Origin: Minisyncoccota bacterium
GTDB taxonomy: Bacteria; Patescibacteriota; Minisyncoccia; UBA6257; 2-01-FULL-56-20
Assembly (NCBI GenBank): GCA_035541435.1
Contig: DATKNL010000002.1
Coordinates: 67,962-131,961 of the forward strand
Direction of reading: 5' to 3'
DNA: 64,000 nucleotides
Each line of letters starts with the position of its first letter. Positions within the stretch are counted from its first letter, which is position 1. The translations under genes and the position numbers were made by a program. The notes under the pieces were generated by a model. That model worked only from the letters and a program-made list of their open reading frames with translations. It ran no database searches and was not told the origin of the DNA. Of this stretch, positions 8,941-17,229 are shown piece after piece.

Positions 8941-10779
8941 ATGTTTTACATCATGGTGTCGCTCGTGAGCGCGTTCGTCGGGGCTCTTCCTTTGCTTTTC
9001 AAACGGAAGATCAATGCCGCGATCGTGCAGGGTCTGATTACCGCGATCGTTGGATACTGCCTCATTTACCTCCTGGCTCCTTCGACGGCATATCCGCTGC
9101 TCGGGGCGCCTGGACTGCTGACGGTAATCTGGTGGGTCTTCGCCGCCGTCATAGATGGCTCGCAGGAGAACGAAGTCACCGCTCTTGTCGTAGTCCCGAT
9201 CTTCGGGATCATCCTTTATGCGGTCGTCGGCTTGTCCGGATGGGAAGCGTTTCGCGCAAGCGATTACGCCAACATGATGGGCTCGGTGGACGTGCGCGAA
9301 TGGACGCAGGATGTTCAACCCAAGGATCCTGCCCATATGCGCATGAGCACGAAAGAGAATGCCCTCTATCAGGCGAAGAAGGTCATGGGAAAGGATGGAG
9401 CCATCGGCAGCCAGTTCGAGATCAGCGAAGACAACATGACGCTCCAGATGATCCGCGGGGAACTCTGGTACGTCGTTCCACTGGATTATTCCGGGTTCGG
9501 CGTATGGATGAACTCTCGGGGAGTCCCGGGATACATCAAGGTTCATGCCGAGGATCCCCATCGGGAACCTGAGCTCGTAATACTGAAAGATGACGAGCTT
9601 ATGCACTACACGCCGGGTGCCTACTTTGGCAACGACTTAGAGCGGCACCTCCGGAATCGTGGCTATCTCAACAAGCTGCTTTCCGATTGGACCTTCGAGG
9701 TCGATGAGGACGGGCATGACTGGTGGGTGGTCACGGTTTCCGAACCGACCATCGCATGGTGGGGTGAGCGCGTTTCCGGCGTCGCGATCGTGAATCCGTC
9801 TACCGGCGATGACACGTTCTATCCGCTCGGGAAAGTTCCCGATTGGGTGGACCGAGTCATTCCTCAGCATATCGTGAAAGATTACCTTGCATGGCAAGGC
9901 GACCTGTCCGGAGGCTGGTGGAACAGCTGGTGGGGAGCCGTAAACCTCACGGAACCCGAGACGCCGAATCTCATCTATGGTTCCGGCGATCAGCCCGAAT
10001 GGGTGACCGGCATCACGTCTTCGAACGGCAAAGATGACTCGCTCGTGGCGTTGGTGTATACCAATTCACGAACCGGGAAATCTGTCCGTTATGTGATGAA
10101 GGGCGGAGGCACCGATACGGCCATCCTTGATGCCGTGAACAAGAACAGCCAGGTTCAGTTCAAGCACCTGCATGGCGTGGCGCCGCAGATCTACAACGTG
10201 TATGGTCAGCCGACGAGCGTCATCCCGTTGTTCAACGAAAGCCATTCGTACCAAGGCGTCGCCATGGTTCCCATCAACGACATCCAAACGGTGGCGGTGG
10301 GTGGCGACCAATATGAGGCGCTCCGTTCGTACGAACAGCTCCTCTCCGAGGCGGGCCAGCGCGTCGCGTTGGACAAAGAGCGCACCCTGCAAACCATCGA
10401 GGGGGTCGTCGACCGCTTTAGCGCGGAGGTTACGAGCAGCGGAGGTACGGTCTATTACCTTCACCTCCCTGGCATTTCGTGCCTCTTTACTGCCGGCGCC
10501 GGCGCATCAGCGAAGCTGCCGGTAACGAAAGAGGGCGATAAGGTGAAGATCGAGTTCTATGCATCGGACCGCGATGTGGTCCCGATCCATGGGTTCGATA
10601 ATCTTTCCCTTGTCCTCTCGGCCAGCAAAGTACAACAGCAGGTTCGCGCCGAAGTGAAGGAACGGCAAGGCACTCAGGAAGTTCGATCCGATACGCAGAC
10701 CGTCGTGAACCGGATCCAACAAATGTCGCCCGAGGATTTGCAAAAGCTGAAATCGCAAGTCCCTCCTCAGTCGCAGTGA
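8941..10779 (+). CDS. Hypothetical membrane-anchored extracytoplasmic protein (612 aa)
   Basis: Strong RBS. Three N-terminal TM helices then a large Trp-rich soluble domain. No recognizable catalytic motifs. Confidence 0.6.
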   Translation: MFYIMVSLVSAFVGALPLLFKRKINAAIVQGLITAIVGYCLIYLLAPSTAYPLLGAPGLLTVIWWVFAAVIDGSQENEVTALVVVPIFGIILYAVVGLSGWEAFRASDYANMMGSVDVREWTQDVQPKDPAHMRMSTKENALYQAKKVMGKDGAIGSQFEISEDNMTLQMIRGELWYVVPLDYSGFGVWMNSRGVPGYIKVHAEDPHREPELVILKDDELMHYTPGAYFGNDLERHLRNRGYLNKLLSDWTFEVDEDGHDWWVVTVSEPTIAWWGERVSGVAIVNPSTGDDTFYPLGKVPDWVDRVIPQHIVKDYLAWQGDLSGGWWNSWWGAVNLTEPETPNLIYGSGDQPEWVTGITSSNGKDDSLVALVYTNSRTGKSVRYVMKGGGTDTAILDAVNKNSQVQFKHLHGVAPQIYNVYGQPTSVIPLFNESHSYQGVAMVPINDIQTVAVGGDQYEALRSYEQLLSEAGQRVALDKERTLQTIEGVVDRFSAEVTSSGGTVYYLHLPGISCLFTAGAGASAKLPVTKEGDKVKIEFYASDRDVVPIHGFDNLSLVLSASKVQQQVRAEVKERQGTQEVRSDTQTVVNRIQQMSPEDLQKLKSQVPPQSQ

Positions 10780-10979
10780 TTGAATTCAACCCTCGGCCCG
10801 CCATGCACCAACCAGTGCGATGCGGGCTGATTTTTTTGTCTCGAAAATTTGCAGTCCCAAGGGGAATCGCCCCGCGGCTCACGCGCTCGCCGTCGCTCGC
10901 GCGTGGCCTGGGCACCGCCTCACGGATTTTCTCTGCTGAGAAAATCCGCTCCGGCGGTCCGATTCCTCTTTGAGAAAAC

Positions 10980-11098
10980 CGACAAAACAAAACATGCCTC
11001 GGTAAGGGCTCTCGGAGGCGCGATGAGCGCCGAGAGCTGAGGCGCGCATCCAGCAGGACGCGACGCCGCACCTTACCGAGGCATGTTTTGCTTTGTCA
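10980..11098. repeat. Long inverted repeat (27-bp arms, 1 mismatch, ~63-nt loop) abutting the tRNA-Glu 3' end
   Basis: GACAAAACAAAACATGCCTCGGTAAGG at 10980-11006 vs its reverse complement at 11072-11098. A second perfect 10-bp hairpin lies at 10923-10946. Confidence 0.6.
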
Positions 11099-11099
11099 G

Positions 11100-11171
11100 T
11101 AGCCCCAAGGGGAATCGAACCCCTATTTGCGCCGTGAAAGGGCGCCGTCCTAGCCATTAGACGATGAGGCC
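11100..11171 (-). tRNA. tRNA-Glu (anticodon UUC)
   Basis: Manual fold of the reverse complement: acceptor GGCCUCA/UGGGGCU with two G-U pairs, anticodon stem-loop with CUUUCAC loop giving UUC, T-arm GGGG-UUCGAUU-CCCC. No encoded CCA. Confidence 0.85.
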
Positions 11172-11289
11172 TCGCTGCCGACGGCGCGCGCCGCACGACA
11201 ACCATCCTATTTAACGCGAATTTGACAGAAAACACAAGTTCCAGCATGATAAACCTCAGAAGATCGTCAACCGAAACCCGGGGTGAGCC

Positions 11290-11646
11290 ATGGACTTTCT
11301 CACAGGAATCCTTCGGATCCTTGCGAGGCCGCTGCAGATTTTCCTGCAAATCTTCGCGAGGCAACCTATCTACCTTCAGCTCAGAGGAAGCACGACCGAG
11401 CTGACCGCCCAGTATTACGCATTGGACAGGGAATGCATCGAAGTCGTGACCGACGGCGAGAACGCCCTTTTCGTGCCGGGCAGCGACATCAACCAGGCCC
11501 TCTGCCTCTTTTATAAGAGGAAGATCCCGGGATGGATCAACTACCGCGACGACTATGTGACGAGAGGCATCTGCAAGCGCGGGGAATTCTATGCGCAGGT
11601 GGACGCCGAAAAGCCGGAGCCGTCCGGCCAGCACGCCGCGGTCTGA
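11290..11646 (+). CDS. Hypothetical protein (118 aa)
   Basis: ORF followed by a strong terminator; no recognizable domain. Confidence 0.4.
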   Translation: MDFLTGILRILARPLQIFLQIFARQPIYLQLRGSTTELTAQYYALDRECIEVVTDGENALFVPGSDINQALCLFYKRKIPGWINYRDDYVTRGICKRGEFYAQVDAEKPEPSGQHAAV

Positions 11647-11663
11647 CCCTCAGCCCATCCCCT

Positions 11664-11702
11664 ATGCCGCCAATCCCCATTGGCGGCATTTTGTTTTTTT
11701 TT
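11664..11702 (+). terminator. Rho-independent terminator
   Basis: Perfect 11-bp stem ATGCCGCCAAT/ATTGGCGGCAT with CCCC loop, followed by TTTGTTTTTTTTT. Confidence 0.65.
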
Positions 11703-11761
11703 CGCGCGCGGCCAAGGGCAGTGTTTGAAATCCGACGCGCCAGCCGATACAATCAACTTCT

Positions 11762-12826
11762 ATGAACCTTCGCGTACTCGCCATCGAGACGTCCTGCGAC
11801 GAGACCGGACTTGCCGTCGTGCATGTGTCGGGCGGGCTTCGCGCGCCGAAGGTGCGCGTCGTGAAGAGCCTCGTCGCATCGCAGATCAAGATCCATCAGC
11901 CGTTCGGCGGCGTCGTCCCGAACCTCGCGAAGCGGGAGCACCTGAAGAACCTGCCTGTCCTCTATGCGAAGCTGACCGGCGGCGCGAAGAACGAAGCGCG
12001 GTTCTGGAAGGCGATCGACCTCGTGACCGTCACCGTGGGGCCGGGGCTCGAACCCGCGCTCTGGACCGGCATCGAGTTCGCCAAGCGCATCGCGCGCGAG
12101 CACGGCAAGCCGCTCGTCGGCGCGAACCACCTCGAGGGGCACCTGTACAGCTTCCTGCTCGGACCGGCCGGACGCGGCGGCGCGGCGCGCGCGAGCCTCT
12201 TCCCCGCCGTCGCGCTCATCGTCTCGGGCGGGCACACCGTGCTCTTGCGGCTCGAATCGTTTTCAAAATGGAAGCGGCTCGGCGAGACGCGCGACGACGC
12301 CGCGGGCGAGGCCTATGACAAGGTCGCGCGGCTGCTCGACCTCCCCTATCCGGGCGGTCCCGAAATCGAGCGGCTGGCCAAGCTTGGCAACGATGACGCG
12401 ATCGCCTTCCCGCGCCCGATGATCAACGACAGGAATTTCGATTTCAGCTTTTCGGGACTCAAGACGTCCGTCCTCTATTATCTGCGCGGGCAGGACGGCA
12501 CGGTCCCGACCATCAGGAGCGCCAAAGCGAAGGCCGACATCGCCGCGAGTTTTCAGAAAGCGGCGCTCGACGTGCTGGTCGCGAAGACGGTCCGCGCCGC
12601 GCGCGATGCGGGCGCGAAGTCGGTGCTGCTCTCGGGCGGCGTCGCGGCGAACCGCGCGCTGCGGACGCGCCTCGCACGCGAATCACGCAGGATCGGCGCG
12701 CCGTGCCTCGTCCCTCCCCCCGCCTATAACCTCGACAACGCCGCGATGATCGGCGTCGCGGGCGCGATGGCGCACCTGCGCAAGAAGCGCTATCCGCTCA
12801 CGGCCGACGGCGGCCTCGACATTTAG
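11762..12826 (+). CDS. tsaD: tRNA N6-adenosine threonylcarbamoyltransferase TsaD (Kae1/Gcp family)
   Basis: 354 aa. LAIETSCDETGLAV start, metal-binding His pair and ASKH-fold motifs. A -10 (TACAAT) ends ~9 nt before the ATG, implying a leaderless or near-leaderless mRNA. Confidence 0.9.
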   Translation: MNLRVLAIETSCDETGLAVVHVSGGLRAPKVRVVKSLVASQIKIHQPFGGVVPNLAKREHLKNLPVLYAKLTGGAKNEARFWKAIDLVTVTVGPGLEPALWTGIEFAKRIAREHGKPLVGANHLEGHLYSFLLGPAGRGGAARASLFPAVALIVSGGHTVLLRLESFSKWKRLGETRDDAAGEAYDKVARLLDLPYPGGPEIERLAKLGNDDAIAFPRPMINDRNFDFSFSGLKTSVLYYLRGQDGTVPTIRSAKAKADIAASFQKAALDVLVAKTVRAARDAGAKSVLLSGGVAANRALRTRLARESRRIGAPCLVPPPAYNLDNAAMIGVAGAMAHLRKKRYPLTADGGLDI

Positions 12827-12860
12827 AGGACCTGAAACGCGCCCGTCGTCGCAGCGTCAA

Positions 12861-14348
12861 TTAGTACGACGTGGGAACCCACTGGTCGATGCGGTTGTTC
12901 GTGTAATCGGCGACGTAGAGATTCCCGTTCGACGAGAACCCGATGCCGAAGGGATTCTGGAACTGGCCGTTCCCGGAACCGACCGAGCCGAACGATGTGC
13001 TATAGACGAAGGTGCCGCCGCTCGGAACCCATTTGTCCACGCGGTTGTTCGAAGCCTGGGCGATATACAGGTTGCCGCCCGAGTCGAAGGCGATGCCCAG
13101 GGGATCGCTCAGGAAGCCGTTCCCCGATCCGCTCGAGCCGAACGACAGGCTATAGGCATAGGTCGCCCCGCTCGGGGTCCACTTGTCGATGCGGTTGTTG
13201 TTCGAGTCGCTCACGTACATGTTGCCGCCGCCGTCGAAGGCGATGTAGGCCGGGCCGCTGAACTGGCCGTCGCCCGAACCGCCGGAGCCCGTCGACGTGC
13301 TATAGACGAAGGTGCCGCCGCTCGGGGTCCACTTCTCGATGCGGTTGTTCGACATGTCGGCGACATACATGTTGCCGCCATAGAACGCGATCCCCACGGG
13401 ATCGTTGAACTGGCCGTCGCCTGAGCCGAGCGACCCGGTCGACGTGCTATAGACGAACGTGGTGCTGCTCGGCACCCACTTCTCAAGGCGGTTGTTGAAC
13501 GAATCGGCGATCCACAGGTTGCCGCTGCCGTCGAAGGCGAGGCCCTGCGGATGGCTGAACTGGCCCGCGCCGGCGCCGCCGGAGCCGAATGGCGTGCTCG
13601 AGACGAACGCGCCGCCGCTCGGCACCCACTTGTCGATGCGGTTGTTCGAATAGTCGGCGATATAGATGTTGCCGCTGCCGTCGAAGGCGAGCGCGTCGGG
13701 ATGGCCGAACTGGCCGTTGCCGGCGCCGGACGTCCCGAAGGACGTCCCGAAAAGGTATGACGGCCGGCCGGGGCTCGTGAGCTGGATGTCGCCCACCTCA
13801 TAGGCCTTCGTGTCGCTGCCGCCGTCGTTCGCGGCGAGCGGCGTGTATTTCTGCGACTCGAGATAGCTTGAGACCTTCCATCCGTTGCCGTTCGTCACAT
13901 AGACGTAATAGTCGCCGGACGAGGTCGTGTTCACCGGGTCGATGGGCAGCTTCGACAGGGGCGAGCCGGCGTTCATCTTGGTGAAGTCGATCGGGACCCA
14001 TCCCGTGCCGTCCACCTTATACACCGAAGCCGAGGCGGCGCAGTGATAGGCCCCGCCTGCCGGGAACCCAAGCCCCGAGCAGTCCGTTCCCGCCGAGCTC
14101 GTCGCGGTCGGATCGATAAGCGACAGATAATAGACGTAGGGCGTGCCGTAGCCGCCTGCGAGATTCTCGTTGTTCGCGATGCCGACCGCGTTGTTGATCG
14201 TGCTGAGGTCCGAAACGCGGGTCGCGTCGCGCGCCTGCTGCAGGGTGATCTGCGGGTTGATCACATAAATAACAACCACCGCGATCACCGCGATGACGCC
14301 GATCACAATGAGAAGCTCTATGAGGGTAAATCCGGCCTTCCTACTCAT
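12861..14348 (-). CDS. Type-IV-pilin-like protein (prepilin N-terminal methylation/TM segment) fused to an NHL-repeat beta-propeller
   Basis: N-terminus GFTLIELLIVIGVIAVIAVV (class III signal). C-terminal half has ~6 repeats of the ...GQF..P.G.A.D..GN.Y.AD..NNRI.KW... NHL signature. Confidence 0.8.
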   Translation of the reverse strand: MSRKAGFTLIELLIVIGVIAVIAVVVIYVINPQITLQQARDATRVSDLSTINNAVGIANNENLAGGYGTPYVYYLSLIDPTATSSAGTDCSGLGFPAGGAYHCAASASVYKVDGTGWVPIDFTKMNAGSPLSKLPIDPVNTTSSGDYYVYVTNGNGWKVSSYLESQKYTPLAANDGGSDTKAYEVGDIQLTSPGRPSYLFGTSFGTSGAGNGQFGHPDALAFDGSGNIYIADYSNNRIDKWVPSGGAFVSSTPFGSGGAGAGQFSHPQGLAFDGSGNLWIADSFNNRLEKWVPSSTTFVYSTSTGSLGSGDGQFNDPVGIAFYGGNMYVADMSNNRIEKWTPSGGTFVYSTSTGSGGSGDGQFSGPAYIAFDGGGNMYVSDSNNNRIDKWTPSGATYAYSLSFGSSGSGNGFLSDPLGIAFDSGGNLYIAQASNNRVDKWVPSGGTFVYSTSFGSVGSGNGQFQNPFGIGFSSNGNLYVADYTNNRIDQWVPTSY

Positions 14349-14403
14349 AGGAGTAGTTTAGCAGAAACGGTTTGCGCGCCCTGGGTAGAACCTCGTCGGC
14401 CCG

Positions 14404-15903
14404 CTAAAAGCCTGTCGGAACCCACTTGTTCACGCGATAGGCCATCTGCCGGTCGGATATGAGGATATTCCCGCTCGCGTCGAAGGCGATGCCCCATGGA
14501 TAGGTGAACTGCCCGGTGCTCGTTCCCGCCGAGCCGAACGAGGTGCTATAGGTGAAGACGCCCGAATTCGGGAACCATTTGTCGATCCGCTTGTTGCCGG
14601 CGTCGGCGACATAGAGGTTGCCACCGGCATCGAACGCGAGCCCGATGGGGTTCTGCATCTGCGCGCTGCCCGAGCCGAGCGATCCGAAGGACGTGCTATA
14701 GGCATAGGTACCGCCACTCGGGACCCACTTCTCGACGCGGTTGTTGGCTGAATCCGAGATATAAAGGTTGCCGCTGCCGTCGATCGCGATGCCGGTCGGG
14801 CCGTTCACCTGCCCTGGTCCCGAGCCGAGCGATCCGAAGGACGTGCTATAGGCATAGGTCGTGCCGCTCGGCGTCCATTTCTGGATGACGCTGTTCAGGT
14901 AGTCGTTCACGTAAAGGTTGCCGCTGCCGTCGAAGACGAAGCTGAACGGGTCGTTGAACTGGCCAGGGCCGGACCCACCGGTGCCGAACGACGTGACGTA
15001 GGCGTAGGTCGTGCCGCTCGGCGCCCACTGCTGGATCCGCTTGTTGTTGATGTCGCCGATGAGCAGGTTGCCGCTGCCGTCGATCAGGATGCTCGTCGGG
15101 CCGTTGAACTGTCCCGCTCCGGAGCCGCCCGAGCCGAACGTGGTGAAATAGGTATAGGTCGTGCCGCTCGGGACCCACTTCTCGATGCGGTTGTTCAGGA
15201 AGTCCGCGACGAGGACGTTGCCGCTCGCATCGACCGCGACGCCGGTCGGGCCGTTGAACTGGCCCGCGCCCGCGCCGTTCGTTCCGAAGCTCGTGCCGTA
15301 CGTGAACGCGACCCGTCCGGGGCTCGAAAGCTGGATGGCGCCCACCTCATAGGCCTTCGGATCGGTGCCGCCGTCGCTCGCGGCCAAGGGGCCGTACTTC
15401 TGCGAGTCAAGATAGGTGGACAGCTTCCATCCGTTGCCGTTCGTCACATAGACGTAATAGTCGCCTGACGAGGTCGTGTTTACCGGATCGACGGGCAGCT
15501 TCGAGATCGGCGCGCCGGAGCTCATCTTGGTGAAGTTGATCGGTATCCATCCCGTGCCGTCGATATTATAGAGGGACGACGACGCGGCGCAGTGATATGA
15601 GCCGCCGGCGGGAAAGCCGAGGGCTGAGCAGTCGGTTCCTGCCGAGCTCGTGGCGGTCTTGTCGATGAGCGAAAGATAATAGACGTACGGCGTGCCATAG
15701 CCGCCCGGAAGGCTCTCGTTGTTCGCGATGCCGACAACGTTGTTGATCGTGCTGAGGTCGGAAACGCGGGTCGCATCCCGCGACTGCTGGAGCGTCGCCT
15801 GAGGATTGATCACGTAGATCACCACCACGGCGATGACCGCGATCACGGCGATCACGATAAGAAGTTCGATCAGGGTGAATCCGCCAGCCTTATTCAGTTT
15901 CAT
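14404..15903 (-). CDS. Type-IV-pilin-like NHL-repeat beta-propeller protein (tandem paralog)
   Basis: Start moved to ATG 15903 (MKLNKAGGFTLIELLIVIAVIAV). First ~200 aa ~85% identical to neighbour 12861-14348; NHL blades more divergent. Confidence 0.8.
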   Translation of the reverse strand: MKLNKAGGFTLIELLIVIAVIAVIAVVVIYVINPQATLQQSRDATRVSDLSTINNVVGIANNESLPGGYGTPYVYYLSLIDKTATSSAGTDCSALGFPAGGSYHCAASSSLYNIDGTGWIPINFTKMSSGAPISKLPVDPVNTTSSGDYYVYVTNGNGWKLSTYLDSQKYGPLAASDGGTDPKAYEVGAIQLSSPGRVAFTYGTSFGTNGAGAGQFNGPTGVAVDASGNVLVADFLNNRIEKWVPSGTTYTYFTTFGSGGSGAGQFNGPTSILIDGSGNLLIGDINNKRIQQWAPSGTTYAYVTSFGTGGSGPGQFNDPFSFVFDGSGNLYVNDYLNSVIQKWTPSGTTYAYSTSFGSLGSGPGQVNGPTGIAIDGSGNLYISDSANNRVEKWVPSGGTYAYSTSFGSLGSGSAQMQNPIGLAFDAGGNLYVADAGNKRIDKWFPNSGVFTYSTSFGSAGTSTGQFTYPWGIAFDASGNILISDRQMAYRVNKWVPTGF

Positions 15904-15949
15904 AACCCTTTCATTATATCCCTCCGCGCCGCCACCCCCTGTGCACAAC

Positions 15950-17131
15950 CTAAAGCAGTCCCTTCCTTATCTTGTTCCGCACGCCTTCCACGTAGCTGTT
16001 GAAATAATGAAGGTTGTGGAACGTGATGAGCGTCGCGGCCGTGATCTCCTTCGCGCGCACGAGATGGGCGACGTACGAGCGCGTGTATTCCGCGCACGTG
16101 AGGCACCCGCATTTCGGATCGAGCGGCTTCCTGTCGTTAAGGAACGCCGCTTTGCCGAGATCAAGCCGGCCCGCACTCGTGAAGGCGATGCCGCGGCGCG
16201 CATAATGCGTCGGGACCGTGCAGTCGAACGTGTCGATCCCCTGCTTCACGATCGTCTCGATATCCTCGAGATAACCGATGCCCAAAAGGTGGCGCGGCTT
16301 GCGCTCGTCGAGGAGCGGCAGCGTCCATTCGAGGATTTTTTTCGTGCCGACGCCCTGGTCGCCCTTGCCGCTGCTCCCGCGACCGCCCTGCGCGTCGCCG
16401 AGGTCGCCGCCGATGCCGAACCCGTCGAAGGGCAGCCCGTTCACGAACCGGGCGCTTTCCTTCCTTAAATTTTCATAAAGGGATCCTTGCACGATGCCAT
16501 AAAGCGCCTGGGACGTTCTTCGCGCCTCGAGGCACCGCTTCGCCCACGCATGCGTCCTCGCGAGCGATTTTTTCATGTATTCGCGCGACACGCGCGGCGG
16601 CGTGCATTCGTCGAACGCGAACATGATGTCGGCGCCAAGCGCCTCCTGGATCCTGACCGACTCCTTCGGGCCGAGAAAGAGCTCGTCGCCCGTGAGCGGC
16701 GAGATGAAGCGCACGCCGTCGTCCGTGATGCGGAGCGACTTCGGCTGGTCGCCGCGCTCGACCGCCTGCTCGATCTTGTTCACGAAATGCTTCGCGACCT
16801 TGCCGACCCCGAGATCCCGCCCGAAGCCGAGGCTGAACACCTGGAACCCGCCCGAATCCGTCATCATGGGCCGCGGCCAGTTCATGAACTTCTGCAGGCC
16901 GCCCGCCGCCTTCACCACCTTCTCGCCCGGCATGAGGTGCAGGTGGTAAGTGTTCGCGATGATCATCTGCGTCCGCGTCGCGGCGACCTCGTCGCTGCGC
17001 ATCGCCTTCACGGCCGCGAGCGTGCCGACCGGCACGAGCGTGGGGGTCTCGACCTCGCCGTGCGGGGTCGTGAGGACGCCGAGCCGCGCCCGGCTGCGTT
17101 TGGATTTTTTGAGGATCCTGAATCCGATCAT
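15950..17131 (-). CDS. tgt: Queuine tRNA-ribosyltransferase (tRNA-guanine transglycosylase)
   Basis: Start reassigned to MIGFRILKK at 17131. Catalytic Asp region (MTDSGGFQVFSL) and Zn site CGCLTCAEYTRSYVAHL. Confidence 0.9.
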   Translation of the reverse strand: MIGFRILKKSKRSRARLGVLTTPHGEVETPTLVPVGTLAAVKAMRSDEVAATRTQMIIANTYHLHLMPGEKVVKAAGGLQKFMNWPRPMMTDSGGFQVFSLGFGRDLGVGKVAKHFVNKIEQAVERGDQPKSLRITDDGVRFISPLTGDELFLGPKESVRIQEALGADIMFAFDECTPPRVSREYMKKSLARTHAWAKRCLEARRTSQALYGIVQGSLYENLRKESARFVNGLPFDGFGIGGDLGDAQGGRGSSGKGDQGVGTKKILEWTLPLLDERKPRHLLGIGYLEDIETIVKQGIDTFDCTVPTHYARRGIAFTSAGRLDLGKAAFLNDRKPLDPKCGCLTCAEYTRSYVAHLVRAKEITAATLITFHNLHYFNSYVEGVRNKIRKGLL

Positions 17132-17229
17132 GCGGTTCAGTGTAGCGGCCGCCCCGCGAAAAGGAAAGGCGCCCGACCTAGGTCGGGCATTTTGCCATCC
17201 GTCCATCTTCCTTTTATACTCTCATCATC

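Noticed and set aside
10879-11634. 251-aa minus-strand ORF
   Set aside because: Runs straight through tRNA-Glu and the hairpin-rich intergenic region, so it cannot be coding.
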